Of a DNA stretch of 39,600 nucleotides, positions 1 through 12,280 are shown one piece after another (positions within the stretch are counted from its first letter, which is position 1; each line of letters opens with the position of its first letter). The DNA is from Phoronis australis. Its lineage: Eukaryota; Animalia; Phoronida. The stretch covers positions 1-39,600 of the forward strand of contig NMRA01001213.1 of the NCBI GenBank assembly GCA_002633005.1, read 5' to 3'. A program made the position numbers and the translations under genes. The notes beneath the pieces are model-generated. The model saw nothing but the letters and a program-made list of their open reading frames with translations, ran no database searches and had not been told where the DNA came from.

Positions 1-396
1 CCTACAAAAATCGGGAGGACTAAAAAAAAAAACGTTACCACCATCACTAGCATGCGTCTGCGTCCTTTTAGCTCGTCCCAACCCACACATTTTTGGCTGC
101 AGAGCCGTAGTATTTGTCGCCGCGGTTTACAATAACATGAGACGCCATTGAAAATCCCACCACGCTTACCCAGATGCCCCGGCAATGTTGACAATTTACG
201 TTCCTCCGAAACATAAAGAGCAACTTCCGCTTTTCGAGGTGAACGTCGTCTGCAACGCCGCGGTAAGAAAGGAATTTGCTGCAGAAATTTTATATCAAAT
301 CCGATTTTTTTTTTACGCGGAAATATAATAAAATGCGCGGACAAAACATTTAAAAAAGCGGAAATCCGCGTTCCCGCGGAAAATTCCAAGCCCAGT
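1..396. mobile_element. Possible terminal part of a non-autonomous DNA transposon (hAT-like)
   Basis: Repeated CCGCGG/GCGGAAA subterminal-type motifs ending in ...cccgcggaaaattccaagcccagtg. The other end lies outside the window. Confidence 0.25.
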
Positions 397-964
397 GAAA
401 TGTAGACTTTTCAATCTGATTTGGGGTCAAACATATGATCTGGCTTACGAACTGTCCATAAGTGAGCTCCACATAAGACACAGCATATGGCTCATTAAGT
501 TGCAATGCAAAAAATAGTAACATGCAAAGAACTCGTTTCATTGCCACAACACCTGGGATGAAAGTAAATACTGGATGCTTGTGCAGTTTCTCTATACACC
601 ACAGAGGAGACAAATCAACATTTTACAACACTGAAACCCATTAAAATCTAACAGGATCAGGGCACGCTGATGTTGAATTAAGTCTACAATGCTGTAACAT
701 CATTTCCGATGGTGTGATACTTCCCTCAATGGCCAGTCAATATTTACTAATTAAGTCCCACTTTTTGACTTCCGTATGGACTGAGAGCAGTTCATCAACA
801 TGGGGGTGTTCATGTGATACAGGGCCACCCACACAAAAAAAGGCCTTCCTGGAAACACATGCAGCACACTGGCTCCAACTTTGTGGACAATTTACCACAA
901 AAGTCTACAAACCAGATTAAACAGATGAAACTATATTTTGTCAAATTTGGGGTAAACATCTACA

Positions 965-1078
965 CAGGGATATACTTAGCCACTCGCCTGATCGAGTTGC
1001 CAATGCAAGTAAAAATGGTGCTGGGCGAGTAGAAGTTGACATGCCCGTTGCCCAGGTGGCGAGCAAATTTTCAGAGCA
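965..1078. mobile_element. Small degenerate MITE-like element
   Basis: Starts CAGGG and has an internal inverted motif (ctcgcc ... ggcgag, twice). No clear TSD. Confidence 0.25.
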
Positions 1079-1444
1079 CAAACGCACTATGTTGTTTCCC
1101 AGATGAACATGACTTAATTTTATCCTCCTTATGTTGTTTTTATCATGATGGTTTTAAGGTTCACTTTGGTCAACGTGCTGATCGATGCTCTGGCAGTTTA
1201 ACATCTGTGCAGTGCACTTCTACCGACTCAGTAGATATCACCTGCTGTTACGCGATTAGTCGAGACAAAATATCACAATAGTGGTCTGCACAATGGAATT
1301 TGTGGACTAGTACGAAACGAATAAAGGGAGGGAAAGGTTGAAGACCGGTTCATGTGTTCACAGCAAGTGAAATGCCACATTTCTTGGAGCTGATTTCTTA
1401 TTGTAATGTGTAAAGTCATTTTAGCCAAAATTATTTTATAAATA

Positions 1445-1915
1445 ATAACATTCGTCCTAATAAGCCTCCATGCCCCTATAAGTGCCTCTCCCCACTCGTT
1501 TTCAGACTTCGCTAAAATAAGCACCCAGTCCATGAACGTGTACATTATGCGAAAAATGCCATACCTAGAGTTCTAAAATTTGATTTACAGTAATGTCTTC
1601 AATTTATCAATCATATCCGACAGTCCTGAAATATCATTGTGTGCGGAATTTCTAGACCACAAGCCAGTCGCCGCTTGCCGGGGTATTTAGCCATGGCTGT
1701 AGACTTCAAACTTCAGCAGTGCTTAAAAAACACAAAAGCTTTGCTCCTCGTGTGAGGAACATGTCCCACTATGGTCTGGCTTTTCAGAACAGATGCTGCG
1801 TACTGGTCAACGAGATTGTATTGTATCTTTCCCGTACAGATATTCTACCTCAACAGAAATCCAGATTACTTGGGGAAGTAACAAGAGCAACGCGGAGCCT
1901 TGAATATTGTGGCCA
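1445..1915 (-). pseudogene. Degenerate HIRAN-like domain ORF within a DNA-transposon remnant
   Basis: Manual minus-strand translation across frameshifts and a stop: IW..E.EYL / NLVDQYAASVLKSQTIVGHVPHTRSKAFVFFKHC*SLKST..GKRRLACGLEIPHTMIF / SGLSDMIDKLKTLL* (ends 1585). This fits the N-x-x-D-x-x-A..IVGHVP..GLEIP pattern. Repeated GCTTAT-type subterminal motifs at 1450-1525. Confidence 0.6.
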
Positions 1916-2380
1916 CGAGTGCATCGCAAATGGTTTGTTTTTAGGTTTATTTGTTTCATAAAAATGGCCACTAGATGGAGCAAAAAAGTATAATTCATCC
2001 AAAAACAGGAACATGCCATATTTCATAAAAATGTGTCAAGGAACTTCAGAGAAACAAAGGAAAACAGAACAAAATGAAATTCGCCACTTGTGGGCACTGA
2101 GCATCCATTCGATCCGCCTGAAAGTCGTTGTCTGTTATATTCATATAAATTCACTACAGGCTGAAATGTTTTTGAAAAATAACAGTGACTATCTGAGGAG
2201 AGGAATACATAACAAAATAAAATATGGAAGCACCAAACAAAAATCAAAACAACACTTACCTGTTGCAATAACGACTTAAACGCAACTGACCGACTTGCAT
2301 GAACGGAATGTTAGTTGAACATGTTAGTAGAACAAAACTGTCTCAATGAAATTTTCATGGTTTACAGGTTTAAGAAGATT

Positions 2381-2508
2381 CACCGTAGATTTCCGTATAT
2401 AAGTCCAGCAGAATATATGGCCAATTTGCGTATCTTAAATTTTTCCCTAAAAAGTATTTTTACATAAGACGTTTGGTTTCCCGAACTTATATACGGAAAT
2501 CGGTGGTA
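2381..2508. mobile_element. MITE (~128 bp)
   Basis: Perfect 17-bp inverted repeat: gatttccgtatataagt (2388-2404) and acttatatacggaaatc (2485-2501). Confidence 0.6.
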
Positions 2509-2973
2509 ATACTTCCCAAAATTATTTACCCTTGCTGCAGGTAAGGCATCACCTCGGGTAAAAATAGAACAATAATAATTAGCAATGTAACAGCCATCTC
2601 TTTCGAATCAAACACAATTAAACACACTTACAGCTGAAATGCCTCTAAAACTATCTTAAGTAATACAAAAAGCATGGTCTGTAGTTTAAGATCACGTTTC
2701 TTTTTTGTCTCAAAACTATCAACTGAAGACGGTGAAATGGACAAGAAGACAAGGTCCTGTGGAAAGTAGATATGGAACTCCAGGTCGGAAACACCTATAA
2801 GGTCTCAGGTTCGTTGCATCGGACTGCAGGTCCTGTATTCTTGTTAGCCTACCCCTAGGACCGCAAGAAGCAACGACTATCAAATCTGATTCAACTGACT
2901 TGTCATTTTTCGAAATGATTGGAGGATTTTCTTATGGTCGCCGCAGACAGAGATCGAGTGCCACAGGGTACCG

Positions 2974-3117
2974 CTTGGGCGGCGCAGCACTGAAAAAATT
3001 GGAGGGCTAAAGCCCCCTCAGACCTCTGTGGTGCATCGCCTATTGACCACGCGTGGCGTAGCACTGAAAAAAGTGGGAGGTTATAGCCCCCCAGTCCCCT
3101 ATGGTGCGCCGCCCATG
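2974..3117 (+). mobile_element. MITE with 13-bp TIRs, copy 1
   Basis: cttgggcggcgca ... tgcgccgcccatg (1 mismatch). Internal dimeric structure. A homologous inverted copy lies at 14157-14271. Confidence 0.65.
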
Positions 3118-5025
3118 TCCCGGTGTCCTCAGTTGTCGGGATTCATCTTAATCTCGGGACACCATGGAGTCCAGGGTGTTGTACCTCAGACGGTACAAGG
3201 CGCGAATTAACAAGACCACAAGTACACAGACCAGTGGATGATCAATCAAAATTAGGTCGCCGCATATTCAATATTTTTAGGTCTACATAGGGGTAAAGCT
3301 CGTAACGCTAGGACTTCACTAAAAAGCAAGAATTCATGAAATTACGTGACATGTTGTGTATTTTCAGTTGAAAACGTGATTTTGGCTAGATTTTTCTATT
3401 CCCAAGACAGCTACTGAACTCTACCCTAGTCTTTGTCCAGGGCCGCAAGGGTGAGAATCTCACCGAGCACGCTAGTCTGAAGACTTCGAGACGTATGGTC
3501 AAGTATTGCAAGCGAAGCACACGATCACACTAGCTTCTTTAGCGAGATTCTTGCATCTGTGATGATTATCAAAGATAGAGAATTTGTAAGGGTAGTGAAG
3601 CGTGGTTACGTGGTTGTATATTAGTTTTTGATATGTGTTATAGTACAGGCACTTACACAACACTAAGGCAGGGATGCAGTGCCCCTGTAGCAAATGCGTG
3701 TGCGGCACTGCGCCAGCGCGCCGTTCTGAGTGCTGGGCCTTACACCGCTTAACACATTACACGAATGAGCACTACCAAGAAGACACTGAAAAACGAAAGA
3801 CGTTTGAACTGCAAACAGATTTTTAATGAAAAATTTTNTTTAAGTAGTAATTGTCAAACCTTATCTCCTGAAAACATCAACATGATTTATAGAAGAACTA
3901 ATGCTTAAACCTTTGTATTACAAGTAGATTTAACCTCTAAACAACTTCTAATTAACACTTTTGGTGAATCAACAAAATACTAAAAACTCAGCTGCCAGCA
4001 CCTCCAGAACAAAGACATCAATTATGCAGTCTAACAATGGAGCTTCAACCACTCTACTAGATGTAGATGGAAGGCACAAACCTTTAGTTTATTAATATTA
4101 TCCACAACTTCAGTCCAGCATCCCCTCTGGTTAAACTACAGTTCAGTAATTTCTCAATACTCATCAAAAAAATCAAAAATCTTCAAGTTGTTTCTCTACT
4201 TCATATCAATTGCATCTCTGGCGCTATTTTATTTGAATTTAGAAAATTGAAATTTCCAAACAGCTAATGAGCATGTTTATCATTTATCCTAAATTCATTT
4301 ATCCTAAATTCCCAATTCTCATTCTCAATTTAACAATTTCAAATTCTCACTCAATTTTTACTTAGAAATTTTCTATGTCTGAAATTCTCACTGGGTTCTC
4401 ACTGTGCTTTCTCACTCAAAACATTCTGTTACTGGGAATCTCACTGAAATGTCATTAGCAGTGAGATAATTCTCACTTCTCATTAAGCGACATTTTATTC
4501 ATTCAGGGCTATCAGCCAATCACTGATCAGTTTTGTCACAACTGTCGAGCAAACAAATCCTCAAGATTTGCTGCAACCATCCCGCAAACTCTGTACTGTA
4601 AACTGAGTTTTCCGCAACCTTGCTGAAGACTTCAGTGGTTGCAGCGAGAATGCAGCAATGTGTGGGGCTGAATTGCAGCTGAACTCCTGCAAACACTGCA
4701 ACTGGATTGTTGCATGCAAAATTATTTGCTGGACGTTTGCAGCACACCTTACAGCAAACGTCATGTTTTCGTAGGGCCCACGTGATTTACCAGAATGCAC
4801 CCATTTCTGCGGGAATGTCGATCATTATTGCCTCACTAAGCAACACTAATAATAGTGAATTTTGAGCTCTCATTTCCTTTTCAATATAAGAAAGAATGGA
4901 TTTTTACTCATTAAGTGCTAATATAATTTTCTGAGTCCTGCCAAATAGTTTGCAAGTAATCAGCAATTTTAAGCTCTGCAGGCGGTGCAAACTCGTCACA
5001 ATGCAAGATCGTAGCAGGTACTAAC

Positions 5026-5319
5026 CAGATGTAGAAACTTCGGTGAGGTCCCTTTGGAGCTTGGTGGTTTCTGGGAGGGTTTCTTTGGAAGTTGTTTCCA
5101 TTGTTGGTTTCGTGGGTACACTACACAACTCTGACAGTGAATATTTCAAAATCAAACAGCCATTCACACCATTATTCATCAGCCTGGTGATGAACTTTAT
5201 TTTTATGAGATTAAATTTTTCGCAAACATTCTGTAGCAACGTGTTTCCTCCGGAATCCATTGCATTTTTTTCTGCAGATTTACATGTTCGTAGAATGTGT
5301 TCCAACAACTTTTCTGAAC
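5026..5319 (-). CDS. Exon of a TRANK1-like TPR/ankyrin gene (ankyrin repeat plus Ser/Thr-rich linker)
   Basis: Acceptor tttgtag|G, donor G|gttagt, 294 bp, phase 1-1. Encodes GSEKLLEHILRTCKSAEKNAMDSGGNTLLQNVCEK..RLMNNGVN, an ankyrin-like D-x-x-G-N-T-L-L motif. Phase matches the preceding exon. Confidence 0.6.
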
Positions 5320-6017
5320 CTACAAATGCAATTAAGAGCATTAGATCACTACCAAGGTTACAGACAAAGAAATGCATGGTTCAACCAAAATCAAGTTATA
5401 ACGAAAAGTGCACTTTGCACGAGAGCTAATAAATGAGCCAACAGATTTATACACTTTATGGCCACAGAACAGTTCAATTCTCAGCAGTTCAAAGATGTCA
5501 TAGTATACATAATTGTTTTAATTTGTAAATTACAGCCCTGCATACGTTTTGTCAACCAGTTTTCCCAAGAGATAAAAAGCCAGGATCCCCGTGGCTGGTC
5601 ACACAAACCGTCCCAACAAGGACTAAACTGTCTGCCTTAAATTTACAAGGCATCTGAGGAATTTGTGCAAAATTAATACCAATTGTCCTTTCTTCTGCTA
5701 TTTTATCCTCATTGCTACGGCAAGTTTTAGCTTCACTAAGCTATGTTTACACCCGCTGATCTAGCTATTTCAATACTGTTTATGCTTGCGCATAGAGTTA
5801 ACACGTACAATTGTACCACGACACGTGGCTTTTCCTGTTTTCAACTGCTAGCAGCTGGTTTGGTCACTGGCACAATTATGTTGCATAAACAGCAGAACTA
5901 ATGAGAAGAAGAATACTGGCAACAATTTATGCATTGAGCATAGACTCGAGCGACAACAAACTCTCACTTCTTCCCAAGCACTTTGATACAATAAGAGACA
6001 GATCTAATTGCTTTTAC

Positions 6018-6332
6018 CTTGCTCAAGACACTGGAAAACTGTAGCATGAAGGAGGGGTAGTTGCCTGTGTTCCACCAGGTAATTGGGGGTAGCTCCTCTG
6101 TCCAATAACTTGACGAGGAGTTCTTCTGCCCATTGGCGCCATTCTTTAGCTCCCAATTTCAACAGACTGGTGTAGTTCACATTACAAGCACGCGCACTGC
6201 GAGCCAATGCAAAACCCTGGGGCTTGGTGAGGATGTATAAGATATCTTTCCACTTCTGTTTCTTGCTCAAGTCACATATTAACGCAGTCCACACTTTACC
6301 AGGAAAAGCATACTGCGACAGGTTTTCTGCAA
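6018..6332 (-). CDS. Exon of a TRANK1-like TPR/ankyrin gene
   Basis: Open frame VWTALICDLSKKQKWKDILYILT..LLVKLLDRGATPN..LPLLHATV (ankyrin-like). Donor CAAG|gtaaaa. Acceptor at 6332 or 6326, both phase 1. Confidence 0.65.
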
Positions 6333-7349
6333 CTGTTAAGTAATCTCAAACTGAGATGTTGATCAGTTAAAATGTACTGTGAGAGGAAATTACTGCAATT
6401 ATGGTTACACCAAAAAGTTTGTAACAAACTGGAGTCATATATGCTTTCAGCCACCAATTTCACTCCTAACCACAGACACAAAAATGATGAAAGACCTAAG
6501 AAACAGGTGACAGAAGACACTTTGACAGGAATCCTACAACAGGGCTGAATTCCAGTGATGCAAAAAACTCATGAAAACACAGCCACGATACTAGCATTTG
6601 CAAGATAATGGCATGGATTATAAGCAAAGCAAGCAATCACTTTTTTTATAGCTTTCCTAGGGAGTGTCTTGGGTCAGCAGAAGGCAGCCTTAAGGTTTCA
6701 TATGTTTATAGGAGGCATGGGATTCCAGTTTGCAGGCATCAGTTGTTACACTGACATCCACCAGCGATTTCGGTCTTTTGTGCGTGTTACCTCAGAAAAC
6801 TTGTCAATAACTTACTAGTAATACTACAACATTTATAATTACGTCCTGGGTAAAGATAGCAAAATGAGAGAATTACGAGGGACGAACAAGAGGAATCTAT
6901 AGGAAGGTTTAGAAAAGAAGGGGGAAAGTATCTTAAAGGTTAAGCATTACAATCTTTTTTGACATGAAGGTGATTTATGACATTTGCGACCCACAAAAAC
7001 TGAATGACATTAAGATACAGAGTTGAACAAAGTGATTAGTCCAGCAATAACACTAATACATGTTACAAAGCCCCTTTGGAAAAGAAAAAATCCCCTATAT
7101 TTGGGTTTTACAATAAGTAAAGTAGGAATTAATCTTAAAATCTAGGAAAGATTACCATATGACACTCCTATTACAAAATTATTACTGCTACTTCAGAAGG
7201 CTGGAGTTAATTTGTTTGAAACAGGGCGGCCATGCCATAGTACTCTACCAAAAGGCAAAGCTTCAAGATCCTGAAAATTATGGTAGATATGGTCGTTTTA
7301 TGCAAAACAATTGCATGGTTATCAATCTTCAAAATTGGAATTCACTTAC

Positions 7350-7506
7350 TTTGTAAATGCGGTTCAACCCTGTAGTCTAACAGTTCTTGTATTATTTCAG
7401 ACACCTGAGTCTCTCCAAGCTCAGCACAGTTAAGGGCACTAAAAAAGGCTGTAATAGCTTCAGGATTTTTAGCCTGCTTCAGCATCTTCCCAAGGTGTAG
7501 ATGTCC
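7350..7506 (-). CDS. TPR-like exon of the TRANK1-like gene
   Basis: Acceptor ttttgtag|G, donor A|gtaagt, 157 bp (phase 0 to 1). Encodes GHLHLGKMLKQAKNPEAITAFFSALNCAELGETQVSEIIQELLDYRVEPHLQ. Not present in the ORF track. Confidence 0.65.
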
Positions 7507-7894
7507 CTACAAAATTTTAAGAATGACAAAATGAGAACCTTCAGTGTATGCATAGAAATGGATGGAAAGCCATGAGGTGTCAAAACTGCACTATCGATTC
7601 TCTTACATTTATGAATACCTGGGGAAGCATCAGCTGGCCAGGCACACTCAGTCTGAAACCCCAAGTCAGCCCCAAACATTGCCAATTTAGCACTGAAATT
7701 ATTTCATATGCGTAAACATACACAAGCATTCCAATCTCTAAAAATAAACCAAAATTCCGCAAGGAGTTTATATCCACCAGTAGTCGGGAGCAAAATGCGA
7801 GTTCTGATGTTCAGGGGTATCTCTATCAGGGGAGCACAATGAAAACCGATCTTTTAGATAGTTAACAATATACCATTTGTATTAGAGAAAGTTA

Positions 7895-8775
7895 CCCTTT
7901 TGCAGTGGTTTGTTATCAACCATTTAGAATGCATTTTTAGTTCAAAACAATTTAAATTCCCAGAACCCTCTGCTGAGTTCTGTCACAACAATGGCTTAAT
8001 TTGCAAGGTTTCTAAACCATAACATATAATTCTTCTGCAGGGAATTCACTTGCAAAAAATTCATATCAAGGTACCTGGCTGTGAAAATTAAGAAACCTAC
8101 ACTGGGATACACTTCCAAATTCTCCAAAAATGTACAAAGCCTCTGATTTGCTGTTTCAATTTGGCACCTGGAGCCTGTTTCTCGACGAGTCTATAAAATG
8201 GCTCTAAATTTGTGCTTTGCCTGACATGTGTTTCCAAATATTGCATGTTAAAGGAATCTGTTTTATAACTAAGGCAGCTTTGTGCTTAAGCCCTTCGGGC
8301 AATACGCCTGTCTATACAGGGATTTATTTCAAAAGACAATATAATGATAATCCAAACTTTACTTTGACATAGACAGTTTTCAAGTACTGAATGCATACTT
8401 TCATTTAAATAACGGAAGCCTTAGCTCTATCAGATCAGTGTCTTCTTGCATGAGTCTGCAATAGCGTGCACTGTGTCCCTTGAACTCAGGTGGATTGTGA
8501 CAAACACACAATGTTAATATAAGCAACACAGCATCAATTCTCTGTGAAACAGTTGGTCATACCAGTAGTCCATTGGTTGATTTTGTCATATAATTGACTG
8601 AAACATCGCTGTTATCTTCAGAGCGCTCATCTATACACTCAAACCAGCATTTGATGTAATATTCCTCATTTTCCGTTCGACATAATAATAGAGCTTGAGA
8701 AACATTTTTGTCCCCAAATTGGACCTTTGACTTTTCTAACAGAATTTTAAGGAACTGAAACTATTTTTCAATAGC
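7895..8775 (-). pseudogene. Decayed upstream TPR-like exons of the same gene (about 8563-8775, from 8307, and about 7895-8075)
   Basis: 8775-8563: ttttag|AIEK*FQFLKILL..ALLLCR..|gtatga (phase 0-0, in-frame TAG). The next begins acag|AYCPKGLS and then stops. The third reads LL*QNSAE..NLNCFE..|gtaact. TPR-like words are interrupted by stops or frameshifts. Confidence 0.4.
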
Positions 8776-9525
8776 CTAAAACCATACAAGCGTATGCATT
8801 GAAGCTTAAATTTCTTTCCTCCACTGAGACCATTCACCACTATAACACTGCACATTGTATTCAAACGATCAATTGGCAGATATTATCATTTTCAGACATA
8901 CTAAAGCTCCTTACCATTTCTTTACACTTGGAGGAAATACGAAATGATCATCATCTGATACTCCTTTCATTTTAAATGCATTCTTATGAATGGTGTGATC
9001 TAGTGTATGAAACAGCTAGATTTTCCACACAGAAACTTTTTTCAAAATTATAACCGATCTCATTATATAAAATGTCATCAACTCAGATGAAACATATAAA
9101 ATTTGAACATTTTTGAAAAAACATTCGCACAATATGAGACAAATCCATTTCAAATATTATGTTTATCAAAACCTATAGATAAAAATTCAGTTATCCTTGA
9201 AACACACAGGCCTAAGTCAATGCACTAAGTGTGAATTACTTGTAATGACCTATGCGTGAGATGAAAAAGGATCCACACAATGTCTTTGAGTACTTTCATA
9301 GCAAGTTAAAAACTGTTTTTGATAATGCATACAAAGTTCATCTTCATAAAAAAGGACATATGAATATTATTGGCTACAAATGTGCTGTTCTCACTTAAAG
9401 CTTTGTTGACTGTGAGCCAATCCTTATGGTTGCCTCTGACATTATTTATTAAATAATTAAAGTTAGTACCAACATGCCATTGTCTTGTGGAATAAATTCA
9501 ATAACCTCAGCATGAAAATCATTAA

Positions 9526-10008
9526 AGGACCATGCCACCCAAAAAACAACCTAATTTGTATCAATTTAGATCGAGTAGTTCTCCTCGATAGCGGCACGTA
9601 CGGTTGCGTTACCTGACACCTGACGGCAGACGAAGGTGATGAAATTTTCCACTGACGTCATCGGTTTCACACCGAGTCTGTTCAGCAGTTCACAACACGG
9701 GTAACTGGTGTCAGCTTATCGCTTGAATTCATCGTTTGACACCAATAAATGATCAAACTTCGATGTAAAACCCTTAAAAATACACCGAGTTCTTATAAAA
9801 ACGTATTGTCTTATTTCACTGTTACGGATTTATTGGTGTTTGGACACACCGTAGCCAACAAATTTCGGCAGTCCAATTTACCAAGGTCCGTAGCAGGAGT
9901 TCTGTTCGGAGATAAATTCAAAGTATTTTTGCGTGAAATACAGACAGTAGGACCTAGATCTGTGTTGTTTAGACTTGTGTTTTTTAGTTCTAAACACAAA
10001 AAACGCTT
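9526..10008 (+). mobile_element. Kolobok-type element, left end (cut by the assembly N at 10009)
   Basis: TTAA (9522-9525) then AGGACCATGCCACCC. Nearly identical to 17350-17838. Confidence 0.85.
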
Positions 10009-10029
10009 NAACAGAAAGATTGTAGATTT

Positions 10030-10395
10030 CTTTTTATAAAACATTTTTATTTAGTTTTTTATATTTCCACTTGTGTTTTTTTTAATATTTTATGTAAAAT
10101 TTAAAATATTTTATTTATTTATTTATTTTTTAATGTTATTTTACTTTTTTAAATATATTTTTATTAGTTTTATATTTGTTATTTTTTTAAATAGTTTGAC
10201 TTGTTTTTATTTTTTTATTTTTTATATTTTCATTTGTTTTTTTTTTAATATTTTATGTAAATTTTAAAATATTTTTTTATTTATTTTTCAATATTATTTT
10301 ACTTTTTTAAATATATATTTTATTTAGTTTTTATATTTGTTATTTAGTTTTTTTTAAATAGTTTGATTTGTTTTTATTTTTTTATTTTTTATATA
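10030..10395. repeat. Extremely A/T-rich low-complexity tandem repeat (unit ~164 bp, ~2 copies)
   Basis: taatattttatgtaaa recurs at ~10083 and ~10247, and ttttttaaatagtttga recurs at similar spacing. Confidence 0.7.
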
Positions 10396-12149
10396 AGTTA
10401 GAAAAGAAGTAATGGTGCAGGAAAGGTAAAGGACCATCAGCATGGGAGATGTCATTTCATATAAATATTATGAACAGATCTAAAATCATTATTCAAACAG
10501 TCCTATTTATTTGCTGATGCTTTAAAGGTGAAAACTGACCGATTGATAAAAATCATTAATTAAAACCATGTATCAAGCTATCGGCCACAGACAGACCTTC
10601 ATACGGAAACTTGCATGTCTACTATATGTCTAAGAAAACTAAAATATCTATAAAAAATCCTACAGAACACAACTATACGAGAGAGGAGAGAGCAACAGGC
10701 TCTCAGGAATAATGATACCCCCAAGTCGTATAAAATAGACAACACCAAGTACACAAATCAGGAAGCAACTTGGTCTACAAAATATGATTGGCAGTAAAGG
10801 CCTAGCACCCTACCAATGTGTTCAACGAATATCCTAGAGCTAAGCAAAAGGACAAATGACATTTGTGCTGTCGATGTCAGGAAAAGATGGTCACAACTAG
10901 TTAGTAAATGCAATTAAGCCTAGGGTTCTGGTATCATGAACATTTAGTCTAGAAAGATCCATTGCTGGCACGAGGTCATCAGCACTATGCATCAAGTTAT
11001 TATGTAATTACATAAGAGTGAAACCACAGGCTGGCCCATTACCATGAAATCTAGGTCAATGAGCACTCCAACTGAATTTGGACTAGGGTGATCCCAGTGT
11101 GCTTTGGTGACAAAATTTTAGGAAGTAGGTTAGGCACATTTGCGGGCAATATAAGTTAACAAAAGGAAAGGTTACAAGATTTTGAAATCGTAAATTAAAA
11201 ATCTTGTGTTAAAATATGTCAGACATTACTGGTAATCTGATACGATTTATACACCTAAACAGGCAGATGTAAACCACTTAGTGAGTGACGCGTTTTCAAA
11301 AACTTGGCGCAGTGACATGGATACTGTTTAGGCCTACTAATAGCCCGGGTGTAGTGGATCCTGGGTTGCAGATGAAAACGATCGTACTTCAGCGGATAAG
11401 GACAACTGTTAGAGTGACTGGCTTAGACCTAATTACACCGAAATGAACTAGTACATACGAAAATCGTAAAATTAAAGGAACAGCTTAAGCCGTTCATGCC
11501 CTCGCTCTGGAGGCACTCGAGCGCAGATTTCGTACGACTAAGCTATACGCGTCTGGGCAGTGGACAACTTAGCAGGCATGTGAGACGTGATTTCATCGAT
11601 CATAACGTCCGCCTATCTGCCACTACAGTAGCCGACTATTCGAAAATCGTCCTGGTGGGAAATACCCGACCACGATGCTAGACGAAAACAAAAGTTGACG
11701 CATTACCGTAACTTAAGCGCGGTTGGAATAGGTTTAAATTATGCCGAGAGAACAAAATGTGAAGTATTATGTGATAGCAATTGACACGAGTGTTTTAAAA
11801 TGTTTAACACATTTTGTTGTTATTATTATTATTTTATTAGTTTATTTTTCAATTATTATTTATTTAATTTGTAGCAATGTTTTAGTGTACGTTTTAGTTT
11901 GTTTATTAGTTGTATTATATGTTGGTTTTTAAATTTTTTTATTGATTTTTTTCCGTGCGTCGGTAAAGTATACATATTTTTTAAGTGTTGTTCGGAAGGA
12001 AATATGCCGATCAAAAGCGTAGATAAACATGGTAGGGTTAGGGCCGGTGACGAAGTACTTGAAAAGGCCTAACAAACAACATATCCAGTATCTCCGTATC
12101 TTTCATGGAAAGTCGAATAAATGTCAACAGTGACATCCAAAGTTTTTTT

Positions 12150-12280
12150 TATTATAATTATTATTATTATTTATTATTACTTTATTATTATTATTTATTA
12201 TTATTATAATTATTTTTACTTTCTTATTATTGTGTTTTATTATTTTGTTTTACTTAGTACCTAAATTTTATTACTATTAT
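12150..12280. repeat. Degenerate (TTA)n microsatellite
   Basis: Direct reading. A similar tract lies at ~11815-11865. Confidence 0.7.

Noticed and set aside
2260-2294. Minus-strand strong donor CAG|gtaagt as a further exon of the TRANK1-like gene
   Set aside because: Acceptor and frame are ambiguous; too short to support.
4260-4780. TTCTCAC-rich and CTGCA-rich segments ending in AGGG
   Set aside because: Probably MITE fragments, but paired termini could not be established.
5043-5429. 128-aa plus-strand ORF
   Set aside because: Antisense shadow of the ankyrin-like exon.
10073-10267. Hydrophobic F/I/Y-rich ORF (likewise 11741-11932, 27502-27811, 32693-33007)
   Set aside because: Translation of T-rich low-complexity DNA.
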